DNA of 64,000 nt from Candidatus Moraniibacteriota bacterium (GTDB lineage: Bacteria > Patescibacteriota > Minisyncoccia > Moranbacterales > GWC2-37-73): NCBI GenBank assembly GCA_035325685.1, contig DAOKZJ010000001.1, forward strand, positions 160-64,159, given 5' to 3'. A program made the position numbers and the translations under genes. Positions 47,437 through 58,508 of this stretch are shown here, piece by piece. The stretch's first letter is position 1; the number at the start of each line of letters is the position of its first letter. Under the pieces are notes generated by a model. That model was not told where the DNA came from, made no database searches, and saw nothing but the letters and a program-made list of their open reading frames with translations.

Positions 47437-48831
47437 TTAATCTTTCAGCTTGTGAGAAATTTCCCACACATTTCCCGCCCCCATCGTGATAAGAACATCT
47501 CCTTCGCCCAAGATTTTCTCCAAAACCTCTACGGTCTCGAGCACCGTTGGAACATGTTCGGCCTTGTTGGGGATAAACCTGTTAATCAAGCGCACCAAAT
47601 CCTGCGAAGAAACCCCTCCTTGGGTTTCGCGCGCGCTACCGTAAATGTCCAACACATAAACCAAATCCGCATCGTCAAAACTCTGGGCAAATTCTTCCAA
47701 GAGAGCTTTGGTGCGCGTGAAAGTGTGCGGATGGAAAACCACCACGATACGCTTTTTCTCGAACATGGCGCGTGCGCCGGCTAACGTCGCTCTTATTTCT
47801 TCCGGATGATGGGCGAAATCATCAATCAAAATACTCCCCTTTCTTTTGCCCACATATTCAAAGCGCCGCGCCGTCCCCGCAAAAACGCTTATCGCCAATC
47901 GCACCTTTTCCATATCAAGTCCCATGTGGTGGCACACGGCAATCGCCGCGGCAGCATTGAGCACGTTGTGCTTTCCGGAAAGTTTCGTTTCAAAAAAACC
48001 CAAGCTATCCTCTTGGCAAACCACCTCAAAAACCTGCTTGGCTCCGACACCTTCCGCGGGATCTTTTTCCAATCTGTGCCCTTTGATGCTATAGCCGTTA
48101 TCCTCTCCGAAACCGTACGTAAGCACTTTGCAGGAAGCATCTTCGGCCACCTCCTGCGTATCCACGCTATCTCCCCACACCGCCAAAAATCCGGCTTTGG
48201 GGATGCGTGATACGAAGCGTTTAAAGGTTTCCTTGTATGAAGCAAAGTTCTTAAAAAAATCCGGATGATCCCAGTCCGCGCTGGTCAATACCGCGCCCCA
48301 AGGGGCATAAAAACGCAATTTATCTTGATATTCATCAGCTTCGATCAACATATATTCCCCTTTTCCGATGCGGGCATTTCCATTCCATTGCGGCACCGCG
48401 CTTCCCACGATAACCGTCGGATCTGCTCCTGCCATTTCCAAAGCTGTCCCCAGCAACGCCGTCGTCGTGGTTTTGCCGTGCGTTCCGCAAACCGCAAGAC
48501 CAACCTTGGTAGAAAGTATTTCACCCAAAGCTTCCGGATAGCTGAGCAGCCGCATGCCGCGTGCCTTGGCTGCACGCATTTCAGCATTGTTTTCTTCATT
48601 GTAAGCGGTCGAATAAATAACCGCATCCACATCTGGCGGAATATTTTCAGGCGCGAAATGCTCCACAAAAGGTATCCCCGCCGCACTCAATATCGCGTCC
48701 GTGGTAAATTTTTCTTCCGTATCGGATCCGGTTATCCTTATGCCCTGCGCCCCCAAAAACTGCGCCAAAGCTGTCGTCCCTTGTCCTTTGATTCCTATGA
48801 TGTGCACGTTCCTTGCGCTCTTTAAATCCAT
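47437..48831 (-). CDS. murC: UDP-N-acetylmuramate--L-alanine ligase
   Basis: HIIGIKGQGTTALAQ... and GTHGKTTTT (Mur ligase P-loop). Confidence 0.95.
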   Translation of the reverse strand: MDLKSARNVHIIGIKGQGTTALAQFLGAQGIRITGSDTEEKFTTDAILSAAGIPFVEHFAPENIPPDVDAVIYSTAYNEENNAEMRAAKARGMRLLSYPEALGEILSTKVGLAVCGTHGKTTTTALLGTALEMAGADPTVIVGSAVPQWNGNARIGKGEYMLIEADEYQDKLRFYAPWGAVLTSADWDHPDFFKNFASYKETFKRFVSRIPKAGFLAVWGDSVDTQEVAEDASCKVLTYGFGEDNGYSIKGHRLEKDPAEGVGAKQVFEVVCQEDSLGFFETKLSGKHNVLNAAAAIAVCHHMGLDMEKVRLAISVFAGTARRFEYVGKRKGSILIDDFAHHPEEIRATLAGARAMFEKKRIVVVFHPHTFTRTKALLEEFAQSFDDADLVYVLDIYGSARETQGGVSSQDLVRLINRFIPNKAEHVPTVLETVEVLEKILGEGDVLITMGAGNVWEISHKLKD

Positions 48832-48836
48832 ATTGG

Positions 48837-49943
48837 TTACAAAGTTAACTCGATTATTCCGTTGGCGATTATATCCGCTGCCGCTTGATTATAAAAAGCG
48901 CGGATATTGCGTGAAAGCGCTCTATTTAAATCATCATCTCCCAAAACCTCTCCTATTTTTTGCAAAAGCAGATTCTGTCCCAAATTGTTTTCATCGATGA
49001 CTATCGCCGCGCCCTGCGTAGAAAGCGCATGCGCGTTAAGGCGCTGATGATCATTGGCTGCCCCTTCCAAAGGAATGAGGATGAGCGGCTTGCCCACTGC
49101 CGCGCTTTCGGCTATGGCCGTGGCTCCAGCACGGCTAACAATTGCATCTGCAAGCGCATAAGCATCGCGTAACATCGCTTCATCCAAAAAAGCAACCGGA
49201 TAGTAACCCTCCCGCTCAGCTTTTATTCCTTGCGTCGCCGCGAGCCGTACCACCGCTTCATAATTAGCCTTGCCCGTCTGGTGGATTATTTGCATTTTGG
49301 GCAAAAGTTGCGGCAAAGCACGCACGATAATGCCATTTATAGCGCTTGCGCCCTGACTGCCGCCCAAAACCAAAAGGACCGGCTTGGACTGGGTGAATCC
49401 CAGCTTGGAACGCAACGCTTGCGCACTTCCCTCCAAAAGCGCGGGCCTGACCGGATTGCCCACCAAGGCGGTTTTCGCCGCGGGAAAATATTCTTTGGCT
49501 GAAGGGTAAGCAACCGCAATCCTTTGGGCGAAACGCGCCAAAAATTGATTGGCCACTCCGGGAACCGCATCTGATTCATGAATCATCACCGGGATGCGAT
49601 AAGTGCGAGCGGCAAGCACAACCGGCAAGGCGGCATACCCCCCCTTGGAAAAGACTGCGTCCGGCATGTTCCAGAGCAATATCCACAGAGATTGCAAAAA
49701 TCCTGCGGGAATTTTAAAGATATCCGTAAAATTTTTAAGCGAAGGATACCTGCGCCATTTACCGCTGAGTACGAACCGCATCGGGATGTTGGCCGCGCCC
49801 ATTACTTCCTTTTCCAATGGCGCCCCGCTGCCTATGTACAAAAACTCCGCTTCCGGGCCTAGTTTTTCTTTGAGTTTTTCCGCCACGGCCACTAAGGGGA
49901 AAAGATGTCCTCCCGTTCCTCCGCCCGTAAGTATTATCCGCAT
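48837..49943 (-). CDS. murG: Undecaprenyldiphospho-muramoylpentapeptide beta-N-acetylglucosaminyltransferase
   Basis: MRIILTGGGTGGHLFPLVAVAEKL, GT28 family. Confidence 0.93.
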   Translation of the reverse strand: MRIILTGGGTGGHLFPLVAVAEKLKEKLGPEAEFLYIGSGAPLEKEVMGAANIPMRFVLSGKWRRYPSLKNFTDIFKIPAGFLQSLWILLWNMPDAVFSKGGYAALPVVLAARTYRIPVMIHESDAVPGVANQFLARFAQRIAVAYPSAKEYFPAAKTALVGNPVRPALLEGSAQALRSKLGFTQSKPVLLVLGGSQGASAINGIIVRALPQLLPKMQIIHQTGKANYEAVVRLAATQGIKAEREGYYPVAFLDEAMLRDAYALADAIVSRAGATAIAESAAVGKPLILIPLEGAANDHQRLNAHALSTQGAAIVIDENNLGQNLLLQKIGEVLGDDDLNRALSRNIRAFYNQAAADIIANGIIELTL

Positions 49944-50051
49944 ATTTTTAAAAAATAATTCTAAATGACTTTTTTTATTTTCAGCCCTTTTGTCCGCTTA
50001 ACTTGCTTATTGTTTTTTATGTTTTCATATTTACCTGCCTACACACTTCAA

Positions 50052-51164
50052 TCACGCGCCCGACCTTCGGGAAATACTGAGCAAAATCCCCACCGATGCC
50101 AACAAAAAAAGCAGCGATGTCCCTCCGTAACTTACAAAAGGAAGCGGAATCCCGGTCAGCGGAATAAGCGCGACGTTGGCGCCTATATTGACGAATGCCT
50201 GCAGCACTATCCAGGCAGTAACACCCACGGCCACATATCTGCCGAATTCGTCCGGCGCATTTTTGGCGATACGCAGCCCCCTCATGGCGATAAATACAAA
50301 AAGTCCCACGAGCAAAAATGCGCCGACAAACCCCAGTTCTTCCGAAATGACCGCAAAAATGGAATCCGTTACCGGCTCCGGCAGATAATTGAACTTTTGC
50401 CGGCTATGCCCTAAGCCGTTTCCCCAAAAACCGCCGCTTCCCACCGCCAAAAGCGCCTGCGTAACTTGATATCCTATTCCTTGCGGATCTCCGGCGGGAT
50501 TGAGGAAGGCCAAGAGCCTGTTAAGCCGGTATGGCTCCATCGCGACAAGCAGCCCCAAAAGGGCCACTCCTCCGGCCAAAATCCCAGCTATATGCGAAAA
50601 ACGTGCACCGGCTACGAAAAAAATAGCGAAAGCACTGAGCGCGATCACGCCGAAAGTGCCGGTGTCGGGCTGCTTAAGCACCAAAAGGCCCACCACGCCC
50701 ACTATACCCAAAAAAGGAACCAGTCCTTCCAAGAAATCCGCCACCTGCCTGGAAGTGCGCGAAGAAAGCCAGGCGCTCACGTACAAAATAACACTCAGCT
50801 TAGCCATTTCGGACGGCTGAAAAGAAAAAGATCCGAGTTGCAGCCAGCGGCTCGCTCCGTAAACGCGCGAACCCACCCCGGGAACAAAAACCAACAAAAG
50901 CAAAACTATCATTAACATGAAAATAGGTACGGCAAATTTCTTCCAAATACGGTAATCGATGCGAGCCATAAGCCACATAGCCGCAAGTCCGGGCAATACC
51001 CCAAAAACCAATTGGTGCTTGAAAAACCAATAGGAATCGCCAAACCTGGTCGTGGAATAGATGATCCCCGCGCTGGAAATCATGACTAGCCCGAAAACCA
51101 GCAGCGCGATTACCGCGCCTAAAAAAGCTTTTTCCTCCTTAGGCTTTTGTTCACTTCTTGTCAT
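50052..51164 (-). CDS. ftsW: SEDS-family peptidoglycan glycosyltransferase FtsW
   Basis: 10-TM SEDS protein; called FtsW because it lies directly upstream of murG. Its start overlaps the trmD stop (ATGA). Confidence 0.88.
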   Translation of the reverse strand: MTRSEQKPKEEKAFLGAVIALLVFGLVMISSAGIIYSTTRFGDSYWFFKHQLVFGVLPGLAAMWLMARIDYRIWKKFAVPIFMLMIVLLLLVFVPGVGSRVYGASRWLQLGSFSFQPSEMAKLSVILYVSAWLSSRTSRQVADFLEGLVPFLGIVGVVGLLVLKQPDTGTFGVIALSAFAIFFVAGARFSHIAGILAGGVALLGLLVAMEPYRLNRLLAFLNPAGDPQGIGYQVTQALLAVGSGGFWGNGLGHSRQKFNYLPEPVTDSIFAVISEELGFVGAFLLVGLFVFIAMRGLRIAKNAPDEFGRYVAVGVTAWIVLQAFVNIGANVALIPLTGIPLPFVSYGGTSLLFLLASVGILLSISRRSGA

Positions 51165-51865
51165 TTGATTTCTCTTGCGTTTTCACTGTCCGAAAAACTC
51201 GCTTCGCCGGACATGCCCAGGCGCCATTTTTCTATCTCCGCATGATTGCCGCTCAAAAGAATTTCCGGAACCTTCCATCCGTTAAACTCTTCCGGCTTGG
51301 TATATTGCGGGTACTCCAAATACCCTCGTTTGCTGTGCGATTCAATTTCCGCGCTTTGCTTGTTGCCCAACACTCCCGGAAGCAATCTGGTTATGCTATC
51401 CACCAAAGCCATTGCCGGTATTTCTCCGCCAGTCAGCACGAAGTCACCCAAAGAAATCTCCTCGTCCGCAACATACTGGGCCACCCTTTCATCTACGCCT
51501 TCGTATCTTCCGCAAATAAGAATGAGCTGGTCATATTTCGAAAGTCTTCGGGCGTCTTCTTGCGAAAATCTTTTGCCCTTGGCCGAAAACAAAATCACCT
51601 TGACTTTTTTCTCGCTTTTTTCTCCCTCTCCCTCCTTTTGCTTGAGCGCCTTCACGCAGCTATATATCGGCTCCACTTGCATCACCATTCCCGCCCCTCC
51701 GCCATAGGGGGTGTCGTCCACATTGCGATGCTTGTTCGTCGAATAGAAGCGCAGATCGTGCGCCGCTATTTCAACCGCACCAGCCTCTCGGGCACGCTTC
51801 ATAATGGACTCGCCGAAGTAAGAATCAAAAATCTTGGGAAAAATTGTAAGGATATCGAAACGCAT
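51161..51865 (-). CDS. trmD: tRNA (guanine37-N1)-methyltransferase
   Basis: [10 protein letters not shown]...[13 protein letters not shown]...[13 protein letters not shown] is the typical TrmD SPOUT fold. Confidence 0.95.
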   Translation of the reverse strand: MRFDILTIFPKIFDSYFGESIMKRAREAGAVEIAAHDLRFYSTNKHRNVDDTPYGGGAGMVMQVEPIYSCVKALKQKEGEGEKSEKKVKVILFSAKGKRFSQEDARRLSKYDQLILICGRYEGVDERVAQYVADEEISLGDFVLTGGEIPAMALVDSITRLLPGVLGNKQSAEIESHSKRGYLEYPQYTKPEEFNGWKVPEILLSGNHAEIEKWRLGMSGEASFSDSENAREIK

Positions 51866-52007
51866 AAAATGTGCTTTAGCTTTGCAAATTGTCCTCAGCC
51901 GGATACGTATATATCTTATTTTATCACGACTTAAAAAATAAAAAAAGGGCTTACAAAAAAGAAAAACGGCCCCCGCGATAACGAGAGCCGTACAATTTCA
52001 AAGCTGC

Positions 52008-52502
52008 TCACTCCACATATTTGAAGCAATAGAGCGCCAGATGGAAAGATTCTTCTCCGCCCTGTTGGTGGCAAAGCTGCAGCATGCACTCCTGTGCCTT
52101 GGCATAATCCTGGAACGGACGAAGGCCATTTTCCCTAAGGCTGTTACCGCCTTGGGATGCCCAGCGGGCCGTGCTCTTTTTCCGGGCGCCGATTAGGTCA
52201 TATTCTTTGAAGTTCTTGGCAATGACCACAAAGGAACCGTTTTCATTCTTACGAAACAATTTCCGATCCCGCACATCTTCGGCAATTATGAGTTGCATAT
52301 GCCCCAGAAAAATTTCCTGGAAAATGCCTCGCCGCGAAAGTTCTTCCCTTGCTTTTTCAGCTTGCCTTTTGCAAAAAAAGAATTCCAATCCGTTTTCCTG
52401 GATATTTTCGCAAAAACAACCTTTCGCCTTGCCTTTACCCCAAAAAACAACCCTATCCCTTCCAAGCAAAGCGATACACAAATACCCTTTTTTCACTTTC
52501 AT
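52008..52502 (-). CDS. Hypothetical protein (164 aa) in the position RimM would occupy
   Basis: SD gAAAGGAGactgggg-ATG. It lies between khpA and trmD, where rimM normally sits, but the sequence resemblance to RimM is weak. Confidence 0.45.
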   Translation of the reverse strand: MKVKKGYLCIALLGRDRVVFWGKGKAKGCFCENIQENGLEFFFCKRQAEKAREELSRRGIFQEIFLGHMQLIIAEDVRDRKLFRKNENGSFVVIAKNFKEYDLIGARKKSTARWASQGGNSLRENGLRPFQDYAKAQECMLQLCHQQGGEESFHLALYCFKYVE

Positions 52503-52687
52503 CCCCAGTCTCCTTTCAGCTTGTTTTCAAAGAATACCGCTACTTAAGCCAGATTTTTTATTTCAGCGCCCAAGCAAGGCTAAGCCAAAGCCTTATTCCC
52601 GACATAAAACCGGAGTCTTGCTCCGGTTTTTAACTATAACTCCTTTTATAATTATACACCCAAATCAGAATTTAGTCAAGCACAAAA

Positions 52688-52714
52688 AACCCCGCTGCAA
52701 GCGGGGCTTTTATT
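52688..52714. terminator. Hairpin terminator downstream of khpA
   Basis: ccccgct-gcaa-gcgggg, flanked by an A-run and a T-run. Confidence 0.6.
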
Positions 52715-52723
52715 GCGCTGATA

Positions 52724-53059
52724 TTACATGCTCAGGTCTCCCATCACGTCATCGATGCTCTTGGGAGCATCGCCGGCAGGAGCTGCGCTGCCACGGGTGG
52801 AACCGGCAGGTTCATTGATTTTGAGATTCACGCGTGCATTGTTGCGTGCGCCGATCACGCGCAAAAGGGTGCGCAGCGCTTTGGCTGTCTGTCCTTCGCG
52901 TCCGATAACCATGCCCATATCCGCAGGATTCACGTCGAGCGTGATAAGCACTCCCATCTCGTCTATCTTGCGCTCCACCTTCACATCTTCCGGACTGTCC
53001 ACAAGAGCCTTGACGGCGAATTCGAGGAATTCCTGATCTGTTGGTCTTTTGTCTGTCAT
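52724..53059 (-). CDS. khpA: KH-domain RNA-binding protein KhpA-like
   Basis: KH domain carrying the GXXG loop (VIGREGQTAKALRTLL). Sits upstream of trmD, as in rpsP-khpA-rimM-trmD operons. Confidence 0.8.
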   Translation of the reverse strand: MTDKRPTDQEFLEFAVKALVDSPEDVKVERKIDEMGVLITLDVNPADMGMVIGREGQTAKALRTLLRVIGARNNARVNLKINEPAGSTRGSAAPAGDAPKSIDDVMGDLSM

Positions 53060-53169
53060 ATTCTTATCTTTTTACTGCTATTTAACACTCCCGGAGTCCC
53101 GCAGTCGGCCGACTACCGCCCTTGGAAACCCTCCTTCCTTCTTATTATGCCCTTGACCGATATCTCTTG

Positions 53170-54603
53170 TCAATTGCGCCTTCTGCGCAAAAGAACTACT
53201 GCGGTTTTAAGGCCTATTTGGATATCCAGCCATAGCGACCAGTTCTCTATGTAATACAAATCAAGCTTATATTCGTCCTCAAAATCCAGGTCTGAGCGCC
53301 CGGAAATCTGAGCCATCCCGGTGATACCCGGCTTGATAGTAAGCAAGCGGCGATGATATTCATGATATTTATCCACCTCCCGCTGCTGGTGTGGCCGCGG
53401 ACCAACCAAGCTCATCTCACCCTTCAGGACATTGAACAGCTGCGGCAATTCGTCGATGGAATAACGCTCCAAAAAGGAACCTACTCGCGTTTTGCGCGGA
53501 TCGTCTTTTATTTTGTAAAGAGGTCCTTTACGGATGCTGCGCTGCCTAATGAGTTGCTGCTCATAAAGAAGCGCTTTTTTACCCTCGGGCGTATTGGGGT
53601 CCGTACAAAACTCCCACTTCATATATCGAAATTTGAGCACGTCAAATTTTTCCCCGTTAGCGCCTATACGCTCATTGCGATAAATGATCGGCCCGCCCTT
53701 TTTCCTCTCAAAAAAAGATTCCGCCTTCACCGCCAAAGCGGCCAAAGTCATCAGCGGCGAAAAGAGAACGATAAGCACTGAAGATCCCGTAAGGTCGAAA
53801 ACTCTCTTGAGGATGCGTCCCCAACCTTCCAAGGGGGTGTGCCTTATTTCAATGATCGGCTCGCCCATGAGGATGCCGGTTTCGAAGCGGGATGTTTGCA
53901 ATGTGGTCGGAATGAACTTGTACGCGATATTGTTGATGGCCGAGTAGTCAATGAGCTTTTCCTGTTCCGCATCCGTCAACATGGAATCGCATACGATGAT
54001 TTCATCTATGCCCTTGGCTTGCCGCATTTCCCGTACGGCTCGAATGCTTCCGCTATCGAGATGCCCCACGACCTTGTATCCAAGTTCTTTGCGTTTTTTA
54101 AGTATTTCACTGATACGCTTCATTTTGCCGTTACTGCCGATAAGCAATACGCGATGCACGCCCATCCCCTTGTGTACCAAAAGCCATTTCTGAACCAAAT
54201 GCAACAAATAACGCCCGAAAGTGACATAGAAAGCGGCCAAAATCCAGCCAGAAAGAATGATAAAGCGGGAAGAAAACCATTCGCGCTTCAAAAAAATAGT
54301 AACGATGATCGCCACCAAAACCAGCGAGGTGGCCGTAAACACCTTGCGCGCTTCATGTGAAAAGCGCCGGGTCACTTGGGTATTGTAAAGACCCTCCAAA
54401 GCAAACACTGCCAAAAAAAGCGGCAGCACGTAAAGCACTATTTTGAGATATTGATCGAAAGGAAAATTGTAAAGCTTGGGTTTGAGAGCCAAAATTTCCG
54501 GAATATTGCGGATAGCGAAAGCGCTGAGTGCGGCCAGCATCACCATCCCCGCATCCAACGGCACTTGTACTGCGCTAAAAAGCAGTTCACTGCGTTTTTT
54601 CAT
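53170..54603 (-). CDS. Polyprenyl-phosphate sugar phosphotransferase (bacterial sugar transferase, WbaP/CpsE-like)
   Basis: C-terminal Bac_transf domain ([19 protein letters not shown]...KFRYMKW...VGPRPHQ...[16 protein letters not shown]). Several N-terminal TM helices. Confidence 0.92.
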   Translation of the reverse strand: MKKRSELLFSAVQVPLDAGMVMLAALSAFAIRNIPEILALKPKLYNFPFDQYLKIVLYVLPLFLAVFALEGLYNTQVTRRFSHEARKVFTATSLVLVAIIVTIFLKREWFSSRFIILSGWILAAFYVTFGRYLLHLVQKWLLVHKGMGVHRVLLIGSNGKMKRISEILKKRKELGYKVVGHLDSGSIRAVREMRQAKGIDEIIVCDSMLTDAEQEKLIDYSAINNIAYKFIPTTLQTSRFETGILMGEPIIEIRHTPLEGWGRILKRVFDLTGSSVLIVLFSPLMTLAALAVKAESFFERKKGGPIIYRNERIGANGEKFDVLKFRYMKWEFCTDPNTPEGKKALLYEQQLIRQRSIRKGPLYKIKDDPRKTRVGSFLERYSIDELPQLFNVLKGEMSLVGPRPHQQREVDKYHEYHRRLLTIKPGITGMAQISGRSDLDFEDEYKLDLYYIENWSLWLDIQIGLKTAVVLLRRRRN

Positions 54604-54649
54604 ATTTGATTTCTTTTAGAGTTGGCCGGAAGACCCCTGGCAAAAGGGA

Positions 54650-55117
54650 GGGGAAAATGAGTATGTTGCCTGCCCAAGCAAACATGTAAGCCGGATTCTG
54701 TCACTTCCGCAAAACAGAAGCGGACAACTATTTATCTAGCTCTGGCGTTTCCGCCAGAATCAAGCGGCACTCCGCCGACGCAAAAGCGTCGCCGGCACGG
54801 CCTTGCACCACGCAGGGTTTGCCATCTTCCGCCGTCGCCGGCGGAGAACTGCCGTAGCCCACATCCTTTGCTAATCAGCTGATGAAGCAAAGTCGTGTAC
54901 CTCGGCAAACTTTTCACCTTTTGCCAGCGCTGCGCACTGGCTAGTATAGTCTCTGTGGCACTTTCCCTTCCACGGCGTCACCGCTGTGGCGGTGGGCGTT
55001 ACCCACTGCGCCTAATCCCGACAAGTCGGAATTGGTGTCCGGACTTTCCTCTCTCCGCCTAAGCGGACAGCAGCTGTCCCGCCTGCTACGACAGGCAACA
55101 CACTCATCTTTTCCCGG
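54650..55117 (-). ncRNA. rnpB: RNase P RNA (bacterial-type)
   Basis: The minus strand has GGCGGAGAGAGGAAAGTCCGGACACC (P4 5' strand) and ACAGAATCCGGCTTAC (P4 3' strand / CR-V). An extended P1 pairs 5' GAGUGUGUUGCCUG with 3' CAGGCAACAUACUC. Length is about 450 nt; the ends are approximate. Confidence 0.8.
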
Positions 55118-55150
55118 CTGTCAAAAAACTCTTTTGGGCCCATTTTTTCC

Positions 55151-55179
55151 ATTATGTATCCCTCTTGGTCTTTTGTCAA
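55151..55179 (-). promoter_or_regulatory. Putative sigma-70 promoter for rnpB
   Basis: On the minus strand: TTGACA, a 17-nt spacer, then CATAAT, upstream of the RNase P RNA 5' end. Confidence 0.45.
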
Positions 55180-55211
55180 TCCCTTTTAGTATTTTTTTGG
55201 CTTATTTAAAG

Positions 55212-57092
55212 CTAATTTCTCCCACCAAAATACCATTCGTAAACCTCTTTGGTAACTGGAACGGCTCCTGACTGCCCTTCTCCGGCTCCTTCCACCAAAA
55301 CAACCATGGCTATCTCCGGATTTTCATACGGAGCAAAGGAAACAAACCAGGAATGCGTCCTATTCTCGTTTCCAAATTGCGCCGTACCCGTTTTGCCAGC
55401 TACCGCCACCGGAAGATCCTTGAGCTGCTGTGCCGTACCGTCCGTTATGGTTTTGCGCATCCCCTCCAGCACGACTTGCATGATGCGCTTGTCCATTATG
55501 CCGCTTCTTATTTTTTCAGACTTGACTGAAGATTCCTCTCCGTTTTGGTTTTTGATTTTACTTACGATATGCGGCCTCCAAAGTGTTCCGCCGTTAGCCA
55601 GCGCCGCCGTATAATTAGCCAACTGCAACGGAGTGGACGTTACGTATCCTTGCCCTATGGAAGCATGGTAACTGTTACCGATATACCACTTCTCCCCCAA
55701 TTTATCCAACTTCCATTGCTCATTCGGAATAAAACCGCTTGCCTCTCCTCCCATATCCACTCCTGTCGGATGACCGAAACCAAAAAGCTCATAATATTTT
55801 TTCATCCTGGTCATACCCATTCCTCCGATAGAGCCGTATCCTCCGCCAATCGTATAAAAAAAGATGTCATTACTTTCGGCAATAGCCGTACGCACATCGC
55901 TTGGACCATGCACCTTCCAATCCCCAAACGAAAAACTTCCTATCCGAAGCGTACCTCCGAGTCCGTCTATGATTGTCTCGGGGGTTATAATTCCTTCCGC
56001 CAAAGCTCCGGCGGCGATTGCCGGCTTTATTGTTGAACCGGGCGCGTATTCTCCAGCCACGGCTCGGTTGAAAAGCGGCTTGTCCTTGTCAGCAATAAGT
56101 GCGGCATATTGTTCGGACGGAATCTTTTTGGCAAAAAGGTTATTGTCAAAACTAGGCACATTGACCAGGGCCAACACTTCTCCATTACGCGGATCGATAG
56201 CTACTGCCGCGCCCGTTCGCGTTTGGGCTCCTTCCAATTTGGAAGTCAGGCTATCATATAGCTTCTTTTGCAATTGAGCATCTATCCCTAAAAAAAGATC
56301 GCTGCCCGGCGTGGGATTGATAATGCCCAATTCGCGCTTGGCATTGCCGCGCGAATCCACTTCTAACTGCCTGGCGCCATGCACGCCGCGAAGTTCTTTC
56401 TCGTAAGATTTTTCTATCCCTTGTTTTCCGATATAATCCGTGAGCAAATAACCTTGCGCGGCATTTTCTTCATATTCTTTGCGCTCTATCTTTCCTTCGT
56501 ATCCCAACACATGCGCAAAAATAACACTATCCGCATATTCGCGGATTGCCGTCTTTTCAATACTTACGCCGCCAAGTTGCGCCTCCTTTTCCATCAAAAC
56601 CAGCGCTTCACTGTGCGTGATGTTTTCCTTAAGGAGCACCGCTGCCGAAGATTTGCGATCAGTATTTTCCATTCGCACCATCACATCTTCCTCATTCATT
56701 CCCAAAACATTCGCCGCCTCCTTGGCTATCGTATTTCTCAACTGGCCGTCTTCGGGAAGATCCGACGGAACAATCACCGCATCGATGCTGGGGATATTGC
56801 TGACCAGTGGCGTGCCAAAACGATCGAATATTCTTCCGCGCGGAGCCTTGATTACCACCGAGCGCACACTGTTCCCTTTCGCCACCTGGGCATAATAAGG
56901 ACCTTTTACCACGGCCAAGTAAGTGGCGCGAAGACTTAACAAGAAAGCGGCAATCAAGGCGATCCACCAAAGCATCTCCAGCCCTTTCTGTCCGAGCGGA
57001 CGCTCCATCTTGGCTGCTTCGCGTTCAGTCGCCGTAAGCACATAATCTTCTATTTCCATCCCGGCATTGCCTGATCTTCTTCTTTTGAACAT
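55212..57092 (-). CDS. mrdA: Penicillin-binding protein 2 (class B transpeptidase)
   Basis: PBP dimerisation domain and transpeptidase motifs (STIKP, SxN, KTGT). Lies downstream of mreBCD. Confidence 0.92.
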   Translation of the reverse strand: MFKRRRSGNAGMEIEDYVLTATEREAAKMERPLGQKGLEMLWWIALIAAFLLSLRATYLAVVKGPYYAQVAKGNSVRSVVIKAPRGRIFDRFGTPLVSNIPSIDAVIVPSDLPEDGQLRNTIAKEAANVLGMNEEDVMVRMENTDRKSSAAVLLKENITHSEALVLMEKEAQLGGVSIEKTAIREYADSVIFAHVLGYEGKIERKEYEENAAQGYLLTDYIGKQGIEKSYEKELRGVHGARQLEVDSRGNAKRELGIINPTPGSDLFLGIDAQLQKKLYDSLTSKLEGAQTRTGAAVAIDPRNGEVLALVNVPSFDNNLFAKKIPSEQYAALIADKDKPLFNRAVAGEYAPGSTIKPAIAAGALAEGIITPETIIDGLGGTLRIGSFSFGDWKVHGPSDVRTAIAESNDIFFYTIGGGYGSIGGMGMTRMKKYYELFGFGHPTGVDMGGEASGFIPNEQWKLDKLGEKWYIGNSYHASIGQGYVTSTPLQLANYTAALANGGTLWRPHIVSKIKNQNGEESSVKSEKIRSGIMDKRIMQVVLEGMRKTITDGTAQQLKDLPVAVAGKTGTAQFGNENRTHSWFVSFAPYENPEIAMVVLVEGAGEGQSGAVPVTKEVYEWYFGGRN

Positions 57093-57115
57093 TTCTTTGC
57101 TTTTATATCCGCCTT

Positions 57116-57646
57116 TTATTTAAGCACCAATCCTGCTGTGGGCGCAAAGCGCCTCTTCAATGCTCGGATTATCCATATACCCAAAACCATAGCCGCAAAA
57201 TTGGCAAACCATTGCGAAAAAAGCGCCTGCATGCTAAAAGCTTGTTTCACCGCATCAACAATCGCCATTCCCTCTTTTTGCCAATACAAAGCATGGGAAA
57301 AGCGCAGCAGTAAGGTGGCTGCCAATGCCCATCCTGCCATAAGCAGAATTCCTCCGGCTTGAGCATCCGCAACCAATCTTCGGGAAAAAAAACTTACCAA
57401 ATATATGCTCGCAATAAGAGGAAGCACATGAAAACCAATTTTCGAAAAAGTAGCCGTATCATAAACAAGTCCCGCCACCACAGACCACCCCAGCGAAGCT
57501 TCAAACCCCAAGACTCTGGCTGCAGCCATAGCGAACATCAAAACGATATCCGGTCCGCGATCCGCTCCAAAAAGAGGAGCCACGAAACCGGTCTGCAAAA
57601 AAACAAGCAAAGAGATGACGGCTAATATGAGAAAACGTCTTTTCAT
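57116..57646 (-). CDS. mreD: Rod shape-determining protein MreD
   Basis: 176-aa polytopic membrane protein directly after mreC; the start overlaps the mreC stop. Confidence 0.75.
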   Translation of the reverse strand: MKRRFLILAVISLLVFLQTGFVAPLFGADRGPDIVLMFAMAAARVLGFEASLGWSVVAGLVYDTATFSKIGFHVLPLIASIYLVSFFSRRLVADAQAGGILLMAGWALAATLLLRFSHALYWQKEGMAIVDAVKQAFSMQALFSQWFANFAAMVLGIWIIRALKRRFAPTAGLVLK

Positions 57647-58467
57647 TTATTTTTTTCCTCAAGCGCTCCTTTAACCACAAAGACGTGTTCCAAGGCAGAA
57701 AAACGCACCGGTGAAGAAATCACCGCTTGCTGGAAAAGATGGTCTTCCGAGGGATGGGTCTGTTGCACCCCCCCTACCAAAAGACCTCTGGGCATTTCAC
57801 TGCCAATGCCTGAAGTAACTATGCTATCCCCTTTGTTTAAAACATCCATTTGCAAAACCATATCCATTATCATCCCCAAGCCGTATTCGCCTTTGAGCAC
57901 GCCTTTGGCCCCCGTCTGGGCCGAAACGACATTAATCGCGCTCTTGGGATTGGACAAAAGCATCACCTTGGCACGCGATTCATAAACCTCCTCCACCCTC
58001 CCGATTAATATGGAACGCGACACCACAACCGCCATACCGCTCCTTATGCCAGCCTCTTCCCCTTTGTTTATTTCTATCCAAGTCCCCCTGCCGGCCTCGT
58101 CCATGCTCAAAATACTAGCCGCTATCAATGCATACTTATCGCGGGGCAAAAGCTCCAGCTGCTCCCGCAAAAGCGCATTCTCCCTTTGCATATCTTTGAG
58201 AAGCGCATTTTCCGCTTCCAAATCAAGATTATGCATTCTTATCTGTTCATTCTCTTTTTTAAGGCTGCCGATGGCACCCAAAAATCCGCCCACCTCTTTA
58301 AAAGTAAGCGCCGCGGAATGTATGGCGGATCTTACCGGAGCGGTCAAAGACAAAAAGATGTTCGAAACCCCTTTGGGCGCATAATTGCCAAAGAAAACCA
58401 AGAAGCCCCCCCAAAAAGCTCCCAACAAAAGTACCTTAAAAAGCCTGGTGGCAAAAAATTTCCGCAT
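57643..58467 (-). CDS. mreC: Rod shape-determining protein MreC
   Basis: N-terminal TM helix, coiled coil (LEAENALLKDMQRENALLREQLELL), and a beta-rich C-terminal domain. Confidence 0.85.
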   Translation of the reverse strand: MRKFFATRLFKVLLLGAFWGGFLVFFGNYAPKGVSNIFLSLTAPVRSAIHSAALTFKEVGGFLGAIGSLKKENEQIRMHNLDLEAENALLKDMQRENALLREQLELLPRDKYALIAASILSMDEAGRGTWIEINKGEEAGIRSGMAVVVSRSILIGRVEEVYESRAKVMLLSNPKSAINVVSAQTGAKGVLKGEYGLGMIMDMVLQMDVLNKGDSIVTSGIGSEMPRGLLVGGVQQTHPSEDHLFQQAVISSPVRFSALEHVFVVKGALEEKNK

Positions 58468-58508
58468 CCCTTTTTCTCTTTAAATTTAGGCTTTTGCGGA
58501 TAAACTTT

